A DNA stretch of 25,524 nt, taken from NCBI GenBank assembly GCA_964447495.1, contig CAYUTF010000020.1, positions 17,007 through 42,530 on the forward strand. Reading direction: 5' to 3'. Shown piece after piece: positions 1 through 8,989 of the stretch (the stretch's first letter is position 1; each line of letters starts with the position of its first letter). This DNA is from an uncultured archaeon (GTDB lineage: Archaea; Asgardarchaeota; Lokiarchaeia; Sigyniarchaeales; SOKP01). Position numbers and translations under genes: made by a program. The notes below the pieces were generated by a model. That model saw nothing but the letters and a program-made list of their open reading frames with translations. It did not search any database and was not told the origin of the DNA.

Positions 1-708
1 TTTCACTCTTAAAGTTGGACAAAGGGGATCATTCGTGGAGGCATTTAAAAAGTCATAATTAGATCCAACTTTCGATCCTGAACGGGCAATACCGCCTGGA
101 AATGGTGCAATCACATTTTCGATTTTATTAATTGCCTCTATAGCTTTCTCTGCTGACTCTAAAGCACTATTTTGATCTTTCCCCATAATTAAGAAATTCC
201 CCCCGGCAATCCCCTTACCTACTTTAAAATTACTCTGAATAACGAATTCTCCATCCATTACAGGAATTTTCCATGCTTCAAAAGGATACTTCCCTCCGAC
301 TTTCTCCTCGTATTTATCTCCAAAAAATTTCAATTTATAACCTGTTTTAATCTCAAACTCTTTTTCAGGATCAAGTGATCCATTAATAGCATCATAACAT
401 GCAGTAGTCGGACACGTAAGTATACATTGTCCTATTCTGTTTAATAATACATTATCCATTTGATCTTTTTTTGTTTTAAAAAACATTAAGATAGCTCCTG
501 GACGTTTATCGGGTGTGTTATCTGCCGAGACAAATGTGTCTAATCCTGCTTCAGAATCACAGTGAATTGTCGATGTACCATATCCTGTTGTAATCTGGGC
601 TGCGATTTTTACCCATTTTTCATTCTTTGCGGTTACAAGAATCCGCGTAAAAACAGCCCCAAAAGCCTCACAAAATGTGTCTTCAATTTTAACTCCATTT
701 AATTCCAT
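1..708 (-). CDS. ftr: Formylmethanofuran--tetrahydromethanopterin N-formyltransferase (3' end runs off the window; not in the ORF track)
   Basis: Manual minus-strand translation from ATG at 708: MELNGVKIEDTFCEAFGA...TGYGTSTIHCDSEAG...TPDKRPG...RIGQCILTCPTTACY...PVMDGEF...GIAGGNF...PFPGGIARSGSKVGS...ASTNDPLCPTLRVK. These are characteristic Ftr motifs. Confidence 0.95.
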   Translation of the reverse strand, partial: MELNGVKIEDTFCEAFGAVFTRILVTAKNEKWVKIAAQITTGYGTSTIHCDSEAGLDTFVSADNTPDKRPGAILMFFKTKKDQMDNVLLNRIGQCILTCPTTACYDAINGSLDPEKEFEIKTGYKLKFFGDKYEEKVGGKYPFEAWKIPVMDGEFVIQSNFKVGKGIAGGNFLIMGKDQNSALESAEKAIEAINKIENVIAPFPGGIARSGSKVGSNYDFLNASTNDPLCPTLRVK

Positions 709-897
709 ATCTATTAACCTTTTTTTTCTTATAATTAGTCTTAATTTATCCGAATTATTATAGCAAATTTTGATAGAACGTAATAATATATAAAATTTTA
801 AAGAAAAAAAACCTAAAAATTTTAATTATGTAGCAGTTTAAAAAATTCATAAGAAATTTCTTAAAGATTTTAAGAATTAAATTTTAAGTTGTCAAAA

Positions 898-1737
898 ATG
901 AGCGAAGAAAAAATATTAAAAATAGGAATTTTAAAAAATGGAACAATTGGTTCTTCTTTATTACTTGCTTTTCTTATGGATGAAAGAGCAGAAGCAACAA
1001 GATTAAATGTTCGAGAAGTAACTTCTGGAGCAAAAATGCATCCTCCAGAAGAATGTGTTGAGACTATGAAAAAATTACTAGAGTTTGAACCAGAATTAAT
1101 AATTATGTCAAGTCCAAATGCTGCGTTAAAAGGTCCTAAAGCGGCTAGAGATTTAGCAGGAAATACTCCAACTATTGTGATTTCCGATGCTCCTGCCAAA
1201 AAAGCGATTGAAGAGTATAAAGAAAAAAATATGGGCTATATCATTGTAGGATGTGATTCCATGATTGGTGCTAGACGTCCCTTTTTAGATCCAATTGAAA
1301 TGAGTTGTTTTAATTCAGATTTATTGAAAGTAATATCCATTACTGGTGCTTTAAATATAATTGTGAACGAATTAAATAAAGTTATTATGGATATGTTAGA
1401 AGGGAAAAAGCCTACGTTACCTCAAATAGAGATTGACGCGAGTAATGCTACAGAAGCTGCGGGGTTTTTAAACCCATATGCTCGCGCAAAAGCAATTGCT
1501 GCTTTCGAATTAGCTGCGTCTGTATCTAAAATTACGGGTAAAGCCTGTTTTGTCCTGAAGGAAAGAGAAGAATATATGCCTTTATTAGCCGCTGCTCATG
1601 AGATGATGAAGACCGCTGCAGATTTATGTACCCAAGCAAGAGAAATTGAGAAATCTAATGATACTGTACTAAGAACTCCTCATCATGCAAAACAACAACT
1701 CTTAACAAAAAGAGCTCTCCACGAGAAAGAACAATAA
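898..1737 (+). CDS. mtd: F420-dependent methylene-H4MPT dehydrogenase
   Basis: Motifs KIGILKNGTIGSS, LMDERAE, TSGAKM, SPNAALKGP, DSMIGARRPFLDPIEM, FLNPYARAKA and EIEKSNDTVLRTPH match the Mtd family. ATG at 898 is preferred over TTG at 889. Confidence 0.95.
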   Translation: MSEEKILKIGILKNGTIGSSLLLAFLMDERAEATRLNVREVTSGAKMHPPEECVETMKKLLEFEPELIIMSSPNAALKGPKAARDLAGNTPTIVISDAPAKKAIEEYKEKNMGYIIVGCDSMIGARRPFLDPIEMSCFNSDLLKVISITGALNIIVNELNKVIMDMLEGKKPTLPQIEIDASNATEAAGFLNPYARAKAIAAFELAASVSKITGKACFVLKEREEYMPLLAAAHEMMKTAADLCTQAREIEKSNDTVLRTPHHAKQQLLTKRALHEKEQ

Positions 1738-1783
1738 ATAGTATTTTTTATCTTATTTTTTATTTTATAGTAAGTAAAGAGAA

Positions 1784-2737
1784 TTAAAGATCGGAATCAC
1801 CTAGAATTTCTTTCAAATGCGAGAAATCATCATTATTTAATGCAGCTATAAGGGTAGTAAAAGCTTCAATACTCTTATTTTTGGTTACTGCCATCAACAC
1901 CGCTCCATTAGTGACATCTTTTATTAAAATATAATTCTTCTCACTTTCATATATCACTGTTGTCAAATTTAGAGGAGTTACTGGGCTATTCATTATCTCG
2001 TTAATTTTGGTAAAAATCTGATATATATTTGAGTCTAATGTTGAGATCTCAAACTTTAAAAACTGAAGTGGCTTACTCTCAAATTTACCTAATGTTGAAG
2101 CGATTAATAACCCATCTGGTTGATTAAATAAAAGAAATTCTGCCAATGTATTTACTTTCATTTGGTCTAATAGATGCCGAATTTTTCCTAATTTCTGTAA
2201 AGCTAACGTGTTTTTTTGTATTTCATAATCCAATATTTCTATTAAACGATGTTGAGCACTGCCTTCTTTTACAGATACGGGAGTAAAAGCAATTTTATTT
2301 TTTAACTCATCGGATATTCCTTTTATTAATAAATTATACACTACATCCTCTTTTGAATCTTGAAGGTCTATTTTATTCAATAACGCATAAACTGTATCTA
2401 TATGCGGACTAAACTCAAATATATATGTCAAAAATTTGTCAAAAATCTCTTTTTCGCTATCTTCTCTAACAGTAGAATCAACCATAAAGACGGCAGTAGT
2501 CACTTCTGAAAAAATTAATTCTCTTTGAGATTCAGAAAAATATCGTTCTAAATATCGTTCTTGGCCTCCAGCATCCCACACATTTAATTCCATAATTCCA
2601 CGAAAAATAAAATTTTCTCTCGATATTCCTTTAGTAGGTTTGAGATTAAGAACTTTCATGAAATTATAACCCAAACAGGTGGTTCTCATTAAACTTGTTT
2701 TACCCGCATTTTGTGGACCAAATAATAGAATCTTCAT
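1784..2737 (-). CDS. Rag/Gtr1-family small GTPase with C-terminal roadblock-like domain
   Basis: G1 GPQNAGKTS, G2 Thr in LKPTKG, G3 WDAGGQ followed by ERYF..QRELIF (resembles Gtr1/RagA ENYF..QKDHIF), G4 NKID. The ~130 aa tail (FLLFNQPDGLLIAST...YILIKDVTNGAVLMAVT) has a roadblock/longin-like pattern. Confidence 0.85.
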   Translation of the reverse strand: MKILLFGPQNAGKTSLMRTTCLGYNFMKVLNLKPTKGISRENFIFRGIMELNVWDAGGQERYLERYFSESQRELIFSEVTTAVFMVDSTVREDSEKEIFDKFLTYIFEFSPHIDTVYALLNKIDLQDSKEDVVYNLLIKGISDELKNKIAFTPVSVKEGSAQHRLIEILDYEIQKNTLALQKLGKIRHLLDQMKVNTLAEFLLFNQPDGLLIASTLGKFESKPLQFLKFEISTLDSNIYQIFTKINEIMNSPVTPLNLTTVIYESEKNYILIKDVTNGAVLMAVTKNKSIEAFTTLIAALNNDDFSHLKEILGDSDL

Positions 2738-2945
2738 TGGATACTATCTCTTAAATTTGAATATATTTTATTTTATGGTCTAATATATTTAAATATATAA
2801 ATTGATGGTTATTTAATTTTTTTCTAAATGTTATAGAATTAATCAATTTTTTTTTTATTTTAATCATACTGGGATATAATTAAAAATAATTTTAATTATA
2901 AATAATAATTTCATTAAATTAATACACTTTATAAAATGGATTAAT

Positions 2946-3473
2946 ATGAATTTAGAAGATTATATTAGGAACGTCCCCGATTTTCCAGTGGAAGGGATTC
3001 AATTTAAAGATATCACAACTTTATGCCAAAATCCTAAAGCTTTCAAAGAATCCTGTGATAGAATTATCAATCATTATAAGAATATGGGTATAAATAAAGT
3101 TGTTGCTATTGAGGCACGTGGTTATGTTTGGGGAGGTGTGCTTGCTTATCATCTTAATGCAGGATTTATATTGATAAGAAAACCTGGAAAATTACCTGCT
3201 GAAACAATAAGCGAAACGTATGATCTTGAATACGGAACAGATACAATCCAAATGCATAAGGATGCAATAGAGCAAGGGGATAAAGTTTTGATTTTCGATG
3301 ATTTATTGGCTACGGGTGGTACGGCAAAAGCAGCATGTAATTTAGTAAAAAAGGTGGGTGGGAATGTTATAGGTGTTGCTTTTATTATTGAATTGACTGG
3401 TAGTTTACATGGTAGAGATAAATTACAAGGATACGATGTGATAAGTTTAATTGAAATTCCTGTAGAAGAATAA
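2946..3473 (+). CDS. apt: Adenine phosphoribosyltransferase
   Basis: Motifs PDFPVEGIQFKDIT, IEARG, IRKPGKLP, YDLEYG and the PRPP-binding VLIFDDLLATGGT. Confidence 0.96.
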   Translation: MNLEDYIRNVPDFPVEGIQFKDITTLCQNPKAFKESCDRIINHYKNMGINKVVAIEARGYVWGGVLAYHLNAGFILIRKPGKLPAETISETYDLEYGTDTIQMHKDAIEQGDKVLIFDDLLATGGTAKAACNLVKKVGGNVIGVAFIIELTGSLHGRDKLQGYDVISLIEIPVEE

Positions 3474-3551
3474 ATGAAATATTGTTACTACTAATTTTTT
3501 ATTTTTTATGTTAAATCCCTCATTTTTCCCTTCTCATTATTTTTTTAATAA

Positions 3552-3622
3552 TTTCAGTCTGAAAATTTAAATAATTCTGAGAACTTTATACTCACAATAT
3601 CAAATTAAACATATCAAATTAA
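3552..3622 (+). promoter_or_regulatory. Candidate promoter/operator region of the gcv operon
   Basis: Inverted repeat TTTCAG-T-CTGAAA (3552-3564), TATA-like TTTATA (3585-3590), and a perfect 12-bp direct repeat ATATCAAATTAA (3597-3608 and 3611-3622) just upstream of gcvT. Confidence 0.35.
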
Positions 3623-3634
3623 GTGTATCTGACT

Positions 3635-4717
3635 ATGGAGCTAAAAAAAACTCCATTTTACGAAATTCATGTAAAATTGGGTGCGAGAATGGTCCCTTTT
3701 TCTGGTTTTTATATGCCAGTACAATATAAAAGTATAATTGAAGAACATGAAGCCGTTCGTACAAATGCAGGAATTTTTGACATATCACATATGGGAGAAT
3801 TTTTATTGGAAGGAGAGGGTATTTTTAATTTTCTTCAGTATGTTATGATAAATGATCTCTCCTTATTAGAAGTAAATAAAGGGCAATATTCTTGTATGTG
3901 TTATGATAACGGCACAGTAGTGGACGATCTCGTCTACTATGAAGAATCTCCTACACGTTTTAGAATGATTGTAAACGCTAGCAATGTTGATAAAGACTTT
4001 CAGTGGTTAAATGAGCATATTGGAAAATTTGATGTTAAAATAACAAACCTTTCTGCTCAGCGCTGTAGATTAGCTTTTCAAGGTCCAAATTCCGATCAAC
4101 ATCTTCAAAAACTTGTTAATGTTGATTTATCTAAAATAAATCGCTTTTATTTTTCACATTGTTCTCTTAAAGGAATCCCAATATTCGTAGCCAGAACAGG
4201 ATATACCGGAGAAAGAGGATTTGAAATCTCTTTTGAAAATAAGTATGCAGAAAAAGTATGGACTCATCTTTATGATACTGGGGCTAGCCCTTCTGGTTTA
4301 GGAGCAAGAGATTCTCTAAGGCTAGAAGCATGCTATTCTCTTTATGGGCATGAGATTAGTGATTCAATTACTCCTATTGAAGCAGGGCTCTTTTGGTTAG
4401 TAAAACCAAAACAAGGTATAGATTATATAGGTAAAAAAGTACTATTGGAACAAAAAACTAAAGGAACAAACAGAATTTTAGTTGGTCTAAACTTAATAGA
4501 AAAAGGGATTATTAGAGATAATTGTAAAATCCATATTAATGGGAATCAAATAGGATATGTTACTTCCGGTGGTTATTCTCCAACCCTAAAGAAAACTATC
4601 GGTTTGGGATTGATTTCTAAGCAATATAGTGAGATAAACACTGAAATCGAAGTCGAAATAAGGAACAAATTAGTAAAAGGAAAAATCGTGGAGATTCCTT
4701 TTTATAGAAATGTCTAA
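3635..4717 (+). CDS. gcvT: Glycine cleavage system aminomethyltransferase T
   Basis: Motifs [67 protein letters not shown] and [13 protein letters not shown] at 3635 is preferred; GTG at 3623 is the alternative. Confidence 0.97.
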   Translation: MELKKTPFYEIHVKLGARMVPFSGFYMPVQYKSIIEEHEAVRTNAGIFDISHMGEFLLEGEGIFNFLQYVMINDLSLLEVNKGQYSCMCYDNGTVVDDLVYYEESPTRFRMIVNASNVDKDFQWLNEHIGKFDVKITNLSAQRCRLAFQGPNSDQHLQKLVNVDLSKINRFYFSHCSLKGIPIFVARTGYTGERGFEISFENKYAEKVWTHLYDTGASPSGLGARDSLRLEACYSLYGHEISDSITPIEAGLFWLVKPKQGIDYIGKKVLLEQKTKGTNRILVGLNLIEKGIIRDNCKIHINGNQIGYVTSGGYSPTLKKTIGLGLISKQYSEINTEIEVEIRNKLVKGKIVEIPFYRNV

Positions 4718-4752
4718 TTTAAAAAATAAAATTATACTAAAAGTGGTTTAGC

Positions 4753-5148
4753 ATGAATTATAAATTTCCAGAAGATGTAAAATATACTAAAACTCATGAA
4801 TGGGTTTTATTAAAAGAAGATGTTGCCATCGTAGGAATTACGGATTATGCCCAGCACCAACTGGGGGATATTGTATATATTGAATTGCCCGATGTTGGAA
4901 TGGCGTTTGAAAGGGAGAGTAATGCTGGAGAAATTGAATCTGTAAAAGCTGTAGGTGAAATTATAATGCCTATATCAGGAGAAATTATAGAGATAAATAC
5001 CAAAATTGCAGAAAATCCTGAGCTTGTGAATTCCTCACCATTTGGAGAAGGTTGGTTGATGAAAATTAAAATCTCACATAAGAATGAGATAAATAACCTT
5101 ATTTCTACAGAAGAATATATAAAATTAGTAGAAAGCGAAGAAGCATAG
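4753..5148 (+). CDS. gcvH: Glycine cleavage system lipoyl carrier protein H
   Basis: Motifs YTKTHEW, GITDYAQHQLGDIVYIELP, lipoyl-lysine motif EIESVKA, and PELVNSSPFGEGW. Confidence 0.97.
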   Translation: MNYKFPEDVKYTKTHEWVLLKEDVAIVGITDYAQHQLGDIVYIELPDVGMAFERESNAGEIESVKAVGEIIMPISGEIIEINTKIAENPELVNSSPFGEGWLMKIKISHKNEINNLISTEEYIKLVESEEA

Positions 5149-5190
5149 TTTTTATTAAAATGATTTTAAATTTTTGTTTTTTAATTATTA

Positions 5191-6543
5191 ATGGTGTTTA
5201 AAGTGGATTTTATCCCGCATGATAATAAAACTATTAGTGATATGTTAGACGTTATTGGACTTAAGTCCATTGAAGATCTTTTTCAAGATATACCAAATGA
5301 TTTAATCTTAAAAACTCTTAATTTACCATCTGGATTGTCAGAATCAGATCTTCTAAACGAATTGAAAAAGCTATCTAAAAAAAATAAGATCTATATTAGC
5401 TCTTTTTTGGGAGCGGGCTGTTATTATCATTATATCCCCTCGATAGTTGATTTCATTATTAGTCGATCTGAATTTTATACATCTTATACACCTTACCAAG
5501 CTGAAGCAAGTCAAGGTTTCTTACAAGCAATATATGAATATCAAAGCATTATAACTCGGTTAACAGCTATGGATGTTGCGAATGCAAGTATGTATGATGG
5601 ATCTACTGCCCTTGCTGAGGCAGCACTTATGGCTACAATTATAACAAGGAAAAATAAGATATTACTGGTTGAGGGGATACATCCAGAATACATAGAGGTA
5701 GTTAAAACTTACTGTTGGGGTCAGGAAATTGAATATAAGCTAATACCTTTATCTTTATTAGAAAAAGAATTAAATGAAGAATATGCCGCAGTATTAATTC
5801 AGAGTCCTAATTTTTTTGGTGAAATTGAGAATGTCGAAGATATTGTTAAAACTGTGAAAAATACCTTTCCTAAGTGTTTAATAGTCCACGTTATGACTGA
5901 TCCTACATGCTTAGGTATTTTACGTTCACCGGGAGAACAAAGTATAGATATTTTTGTAGCTGAAGGTCAATCTTTTGGAATATCCCCGTCTTTTGGTGGA
6001 CCAGGTTTAGGTATTTTTGCAACAAAAAAAGAATTCTTGAGGAAAATTCCAGGAAGACTGGTAGGAAAAACAAGAGAAATAAATGGTGAAAGAGAAGGAT
6101 TTATACTCACATTACAGGCTAGAGAACAGCACATACGTCGTGAAAAAGCTAGCTCAAATATATGCACAAATCAAGCTTTATGTTCGCTTGCTGCCTTAAT
6201 ATATTTACTGTGTATGGGAAAAAACGGATTAAAGGAGCTTGCTGTTCAAAACATCCAGAAAACAAATTATGCTAAAGAAAAGTTATCAAAAATTCCTGGT
6301 TATAAAATATTAAATACAAAACCCACATATAATGAATTTCTTTTAGAATGTCCTAATATTGACTTGTTTATTAAAAATTGTGATGAATTAGATCTTCTTC
6401 CTCCCTTGAGACTTTCAAAGTATTATAATCATATGAAAAATATTGTGTTAGTATGCATAACAGAGATGAATTCTCGTACATCTATAGATAAGTTTATCCA
6501 AGCTGCAAAATCAGCATCTAAGATAAGTATGGAGGTAAAATAA
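5191..6543 (+). CDS. gcvPA: Glycine dehydrogenase (decarboxylating) subunit 1
   Basis: Motifs FLGAGCY, RSEFYTSYTPYQAEASQG, NASMYDG, PGRLVG and LTLQAREQHIRREKASSNICTNQAL. Confidence 0.97.
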   Translation: MVFKVDFIPHDNKTISDMLDVIGLKSIEDLFQDIPNDLILKTLNLPSGLSESDLLNELKKLSKKNKIYISSFLGAGCYYHYIPSIVDFIISRSEFYTSYTPYQAEASQGFLQAIYEYQSIITRLTAMDVANASMYDGSTALAEAALMATIITRKNKILLVEGIHPEYIEVVKTYCWGQEIEYKLIPLSLLEKELNEEYAAVLIQSPNFFGEIENVEDIVKTVKNTFPKCLIVHVMTDPTCLGILRSPGEQSIDIFVAEGQSFGISPSFGGPGLGIFATKKEFLRKIPGRLVGKTREINGEREGFILTLQAREQHIRREKASSNICTNQALCSLAALIYLLCMGKNGLKELAVQNIQKTNYAKEKLSKIPGYKILNTKPTYNEFLLECPNIDLFIKNCDELDLLPPLRLSKYYNHMKNIVLVCITEMNSRTSIDKFIQAAKSASKISMEVK

Positions 6544-6545
6544 AG

Positions 6546-7982
6546 ATGACTTCAAACTCCAAATTAATCTTTGGAAAAAGCAAAAATATCAAGTCAAATA
6601 ATTATGTTCCGAAACTAGACATTGAGGGGGTAAATTTGGATGATATTTTACCTAAAAAATATCAAAGAGAAGATTTAAATCTTCCAAATATCCCCGAAGT
6701 AGAAATAGTTCGACATTATATTGGATTGAGTAACATTAATTACGGTGTTGACACGGGTATCTATCCCTTAGGCTCATGTACCATGAAATATAACCCTAAA
6801 ATTAATGAAGTGATATCTCGATTGCCTAATTTTTCGCAAATTCATCCTTTACAAGAAAAGAATCAAGGAGCTATTGAATTAATTTCAGAAGTTTCAAAAT
6901 TTTTATCAGAAATAACTGGTATGGAAGGTTTTACTCTACAACCCTCTGCGGGAGCCCATGGAGAGTTAACTGGTTTGTTAATTATGAAAAAGTATTTTGA
7001 ATACAATAATATAGAAAAGAAAAAGATTATTGTTCCAGATTCCGCGCATGGTACTAACCCTGCTTCTGCTAAAATGGCAGGTTTTTCTATTATTGAGCTG
7101 AACTCAAATGAATTTGGCGAAGTACCTCTTGATCATCTGGAATTTGCCATGCAAGAGGAACAAGTTGCGGGTATCATGCTCACTAATCCAAATACTTTAG
7201 GTGTATTTGATAGAAATATTAAAGAAATAACGCGAATAGTTCACGATAATGGCGGATTATGCTATTATGACGGAGCAAATTTAAATCCTATGCTTGGAAT
7301 AAGTAGACCAAAAGATATGGGATTTGATATTGTTCACTTAAATTTACATAAGACCTTCTCAACACCACATGGCGGCGGTGGACCTGGTTCAGGACCCGTA
7401 GGAGTAGTTAAAAAATTAATACCGTATCTCCCAGAACCTTGTATAATTTCAAGAGATGAAGGATTAGTTTGTCGTGAGAATTCTCAAGCCTCAATTGGTA
7501 GAGTGAAAGCTTTCTGGGGAAATTTTGGTGTAATAATAAAAGCTTATGCTTATATGCTGTCGCTGGGGGCTGAAGGTTTAAAAAGAGTTGGACAGATCGC
7601 CGTGTTAAATGCAAATTATTTAAGAGTTCGATTGCAAGAGAAATATTTTCTTCCTTATAATCGAATATGTCAGCATGAATTTGTTCTCTCCGACAAGGGT
7701 CTTCCAAATGGAGTCACCACCGAGGATGTTGCTAAGAGAATTCTTGATTACGGAATATATGCTCCTACAATATATTTTCCCTTAATTGTAAACGGAGCTA
7801 TAATGATTGAACCAACAGAAACTGAATCGAAACAATCTTTAGATAATTTTACGGAGATATTATTAAATATATATAATGAAGCTATGGAAAACCCTGAAAA
7901 ATTAAAATTTGCTCCTCATAATACACCTGTAAAGCGTTTAGATGCAGTCACTGCCGCAAGAAATCCAATTCTGCATGATTGA
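6546..7982 (+). CDS. gcvPB: Glycine dehydrogenase (decarboxylating) subunit 2
   Basis: Motifs YPLGSCTMKYNP, LQPSAGAHGE, PDSAHGTNPASA, TNPNTLG, YYDGAN, the PLP-lysine motif HLNLHKTFSTPHGGGGPG, and IEPTETES. Confidence 0.97.
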   Translation: MTSNSKLIFGKSKNIKSNNYVPKLDIEGVNLDDILPKKYQREDLNLPNIPEVEIVRHYIGLSNINYGVDTGIYPLGSCTMKYNPKINEVISRLPNFSQIHPLQEKNQGAIELISEVSKFLSEITGMEGFTLQPSAGAHGELTGLLIMKKYFEYNNIEKKKIIVPDSAHGTNPASAKMAGFSIIELNSNEFGEVPLDHLEFAMQEEQVAGIMLTNPNTLGVFDRNIKEITRIVHDNGGLCYYDGANLNPMLGISRPKDMGFDIVHLNLHKTFSTPHGGGGPGSGPVGVVKKLIPYLPEPCIISRDEGLVCRENSQASIGRVKAFWGNFGVIIKAYAYMLSLGAEGLKRVGQIAVLNANYLRVRLQEKYFLPYNRICQHEFVLSDKGLPNGVTTEDVAKRILDYGIYAPTIYFPLIVNGAIMIEPTETESKQSLDNFTEILLNIYNEAMENPEKLKFAPHNTPVKRLDAVTAARNPILHD

Positions 7983-8024
7983 AAATTAAAGCACTAAGAA
8001 ATATCTGTACTTTTCGTATGCTTA

Positions 8025-8882
8025 TTAAATAATAGATCCTTCTAAACGATGTCTACAAGAGCAATCCCTTTCGATATCAATCATTGGTATTGTTCTTTCT
8101 AAGAGTGTTTTTAAATTTGAAATGTTTTGTTCCTGAGCTTCTAACACTTCGTCAACATTGACTTGCAACTTCTCTATTTTAGCACTACACTTAGGACATT
8201 TTTCTGTAATTTCTACAATGCCACAATTTGGGCACTTTCCTGCCCAAACATCCAAATCTGTCACCATAGCAATGCAGCAGTAACACATTTCCTTTTCTGC
8301 AGCTAAAACCACTTCGGGATAAGTAGTCATCCCAATTACATCGCCACCCCATTGGCGATATATTTTTGATTCTGATCTTGTCGAAAAACGAGGACCCTCA
8401 ATGCAGACATAAGTACCTCCATTATGAATATTCAAACCAGATAAATTTTTTCCAATTTTAAAAAATAAATCATTTAGATAACTACAATATGGATCAGCTT
8501 GGCCGATGTGACACAGTTGGCCTCCCTCATAGAAAGTATCTATTCGTTTTTTTGTTCTATCGATATATTGATCAACCATGATAAATTTCTTTTTGGGATG
8601 TTCCTTCTTAAGGGAACCTACTGCTGAGGCTGAAATAATATAACTTACACCTAAATCCTTGAGAGCCCATATATTCGCCCTAAAATTTATTTCATGAGGA
8701 GGTATCACATGGCCTAAACCGTGACGAGAGATATAAGCTATATTCCTACCCTCAAAACTTCCAATAGTTATCATTGTTGAAGTGTTTCCATATGGAGTAT
8801 ATACTTTTAGTTCTTTCGGATCATCAAGTGCAATTTTTGAGCCCGTCCCTCCAATAATTCCAATTTCAATTTTATTTTTCAT
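8025..8882 (-). CDS. mtnP: S-methyl-5'-thioadenosine phosphorylase, archaeal type with C-terminal CxC and a C4 zinc-ribbon-like insertion
   Basis: Motifs IGIIGGTG, TPYG, SRHG, PHEINFRANIWALK, SAVGSL, DQYIDRT, IEGPRFSTRSES, IGMT, VTDLD and C-terminal CSC. Confidence 0.88.
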   Translation of the reverse strand: MKNKIEIGIIGGTGSKIALDDPKELKVYTPYGNTSTMITIGSFEGRNIAYISRHGLGHVIPPHEINFRANIWALKDLGVSYIISASAVGSLKKEHPKKKFIMVDQYIDRTKKRIDTFYEGGQLCHIGQADPYCSYLNDLFFKIGKNLSGLNIHNGGTYVCIEGPRFSTRSESKIYRQWGGDVIGMTTYPEVVLAAEKEMCYCCIAMVTDLDVWAGKCPNCGIVEITEKCPKCSAKIEKLQVNVDEVLEAQEQNISNLKTLLERTIPMIDIERDCSCRHRLEGSII

Positions 8883-8989
8883 AACTTTTTCACATTATTT
8901 TTATTTTCTTTAAAATAAAATAAAATAAAACGTGAGCAATTTTAAATATTATAAAATAAAGATTTCAATAATTTTAAAAAGTGATTTAA

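Noticed and set aside
870-1199. 109-aa minus-strand ORF
   Set aside because: Antisense shadow of mtd with no recognisable motifs.
3474-3634. Possible glycine riboswitch upstream of gcvT
   Set aside because: The region is very AT-rich and lacks the conserved purine-rich aptamer motifs and paired stems.
5967-7707. Minus-strand ORFs 5967-6167 and 7408-7707
   Set aside because: Antisense shadows inside the well-supported gcvPA and gcvPB genes.
8895-8930. (TAAAA)n run and T/A inverted repeat between the MTAP genes
   Set aside because: Low-complexity sequence expected at this AT content.
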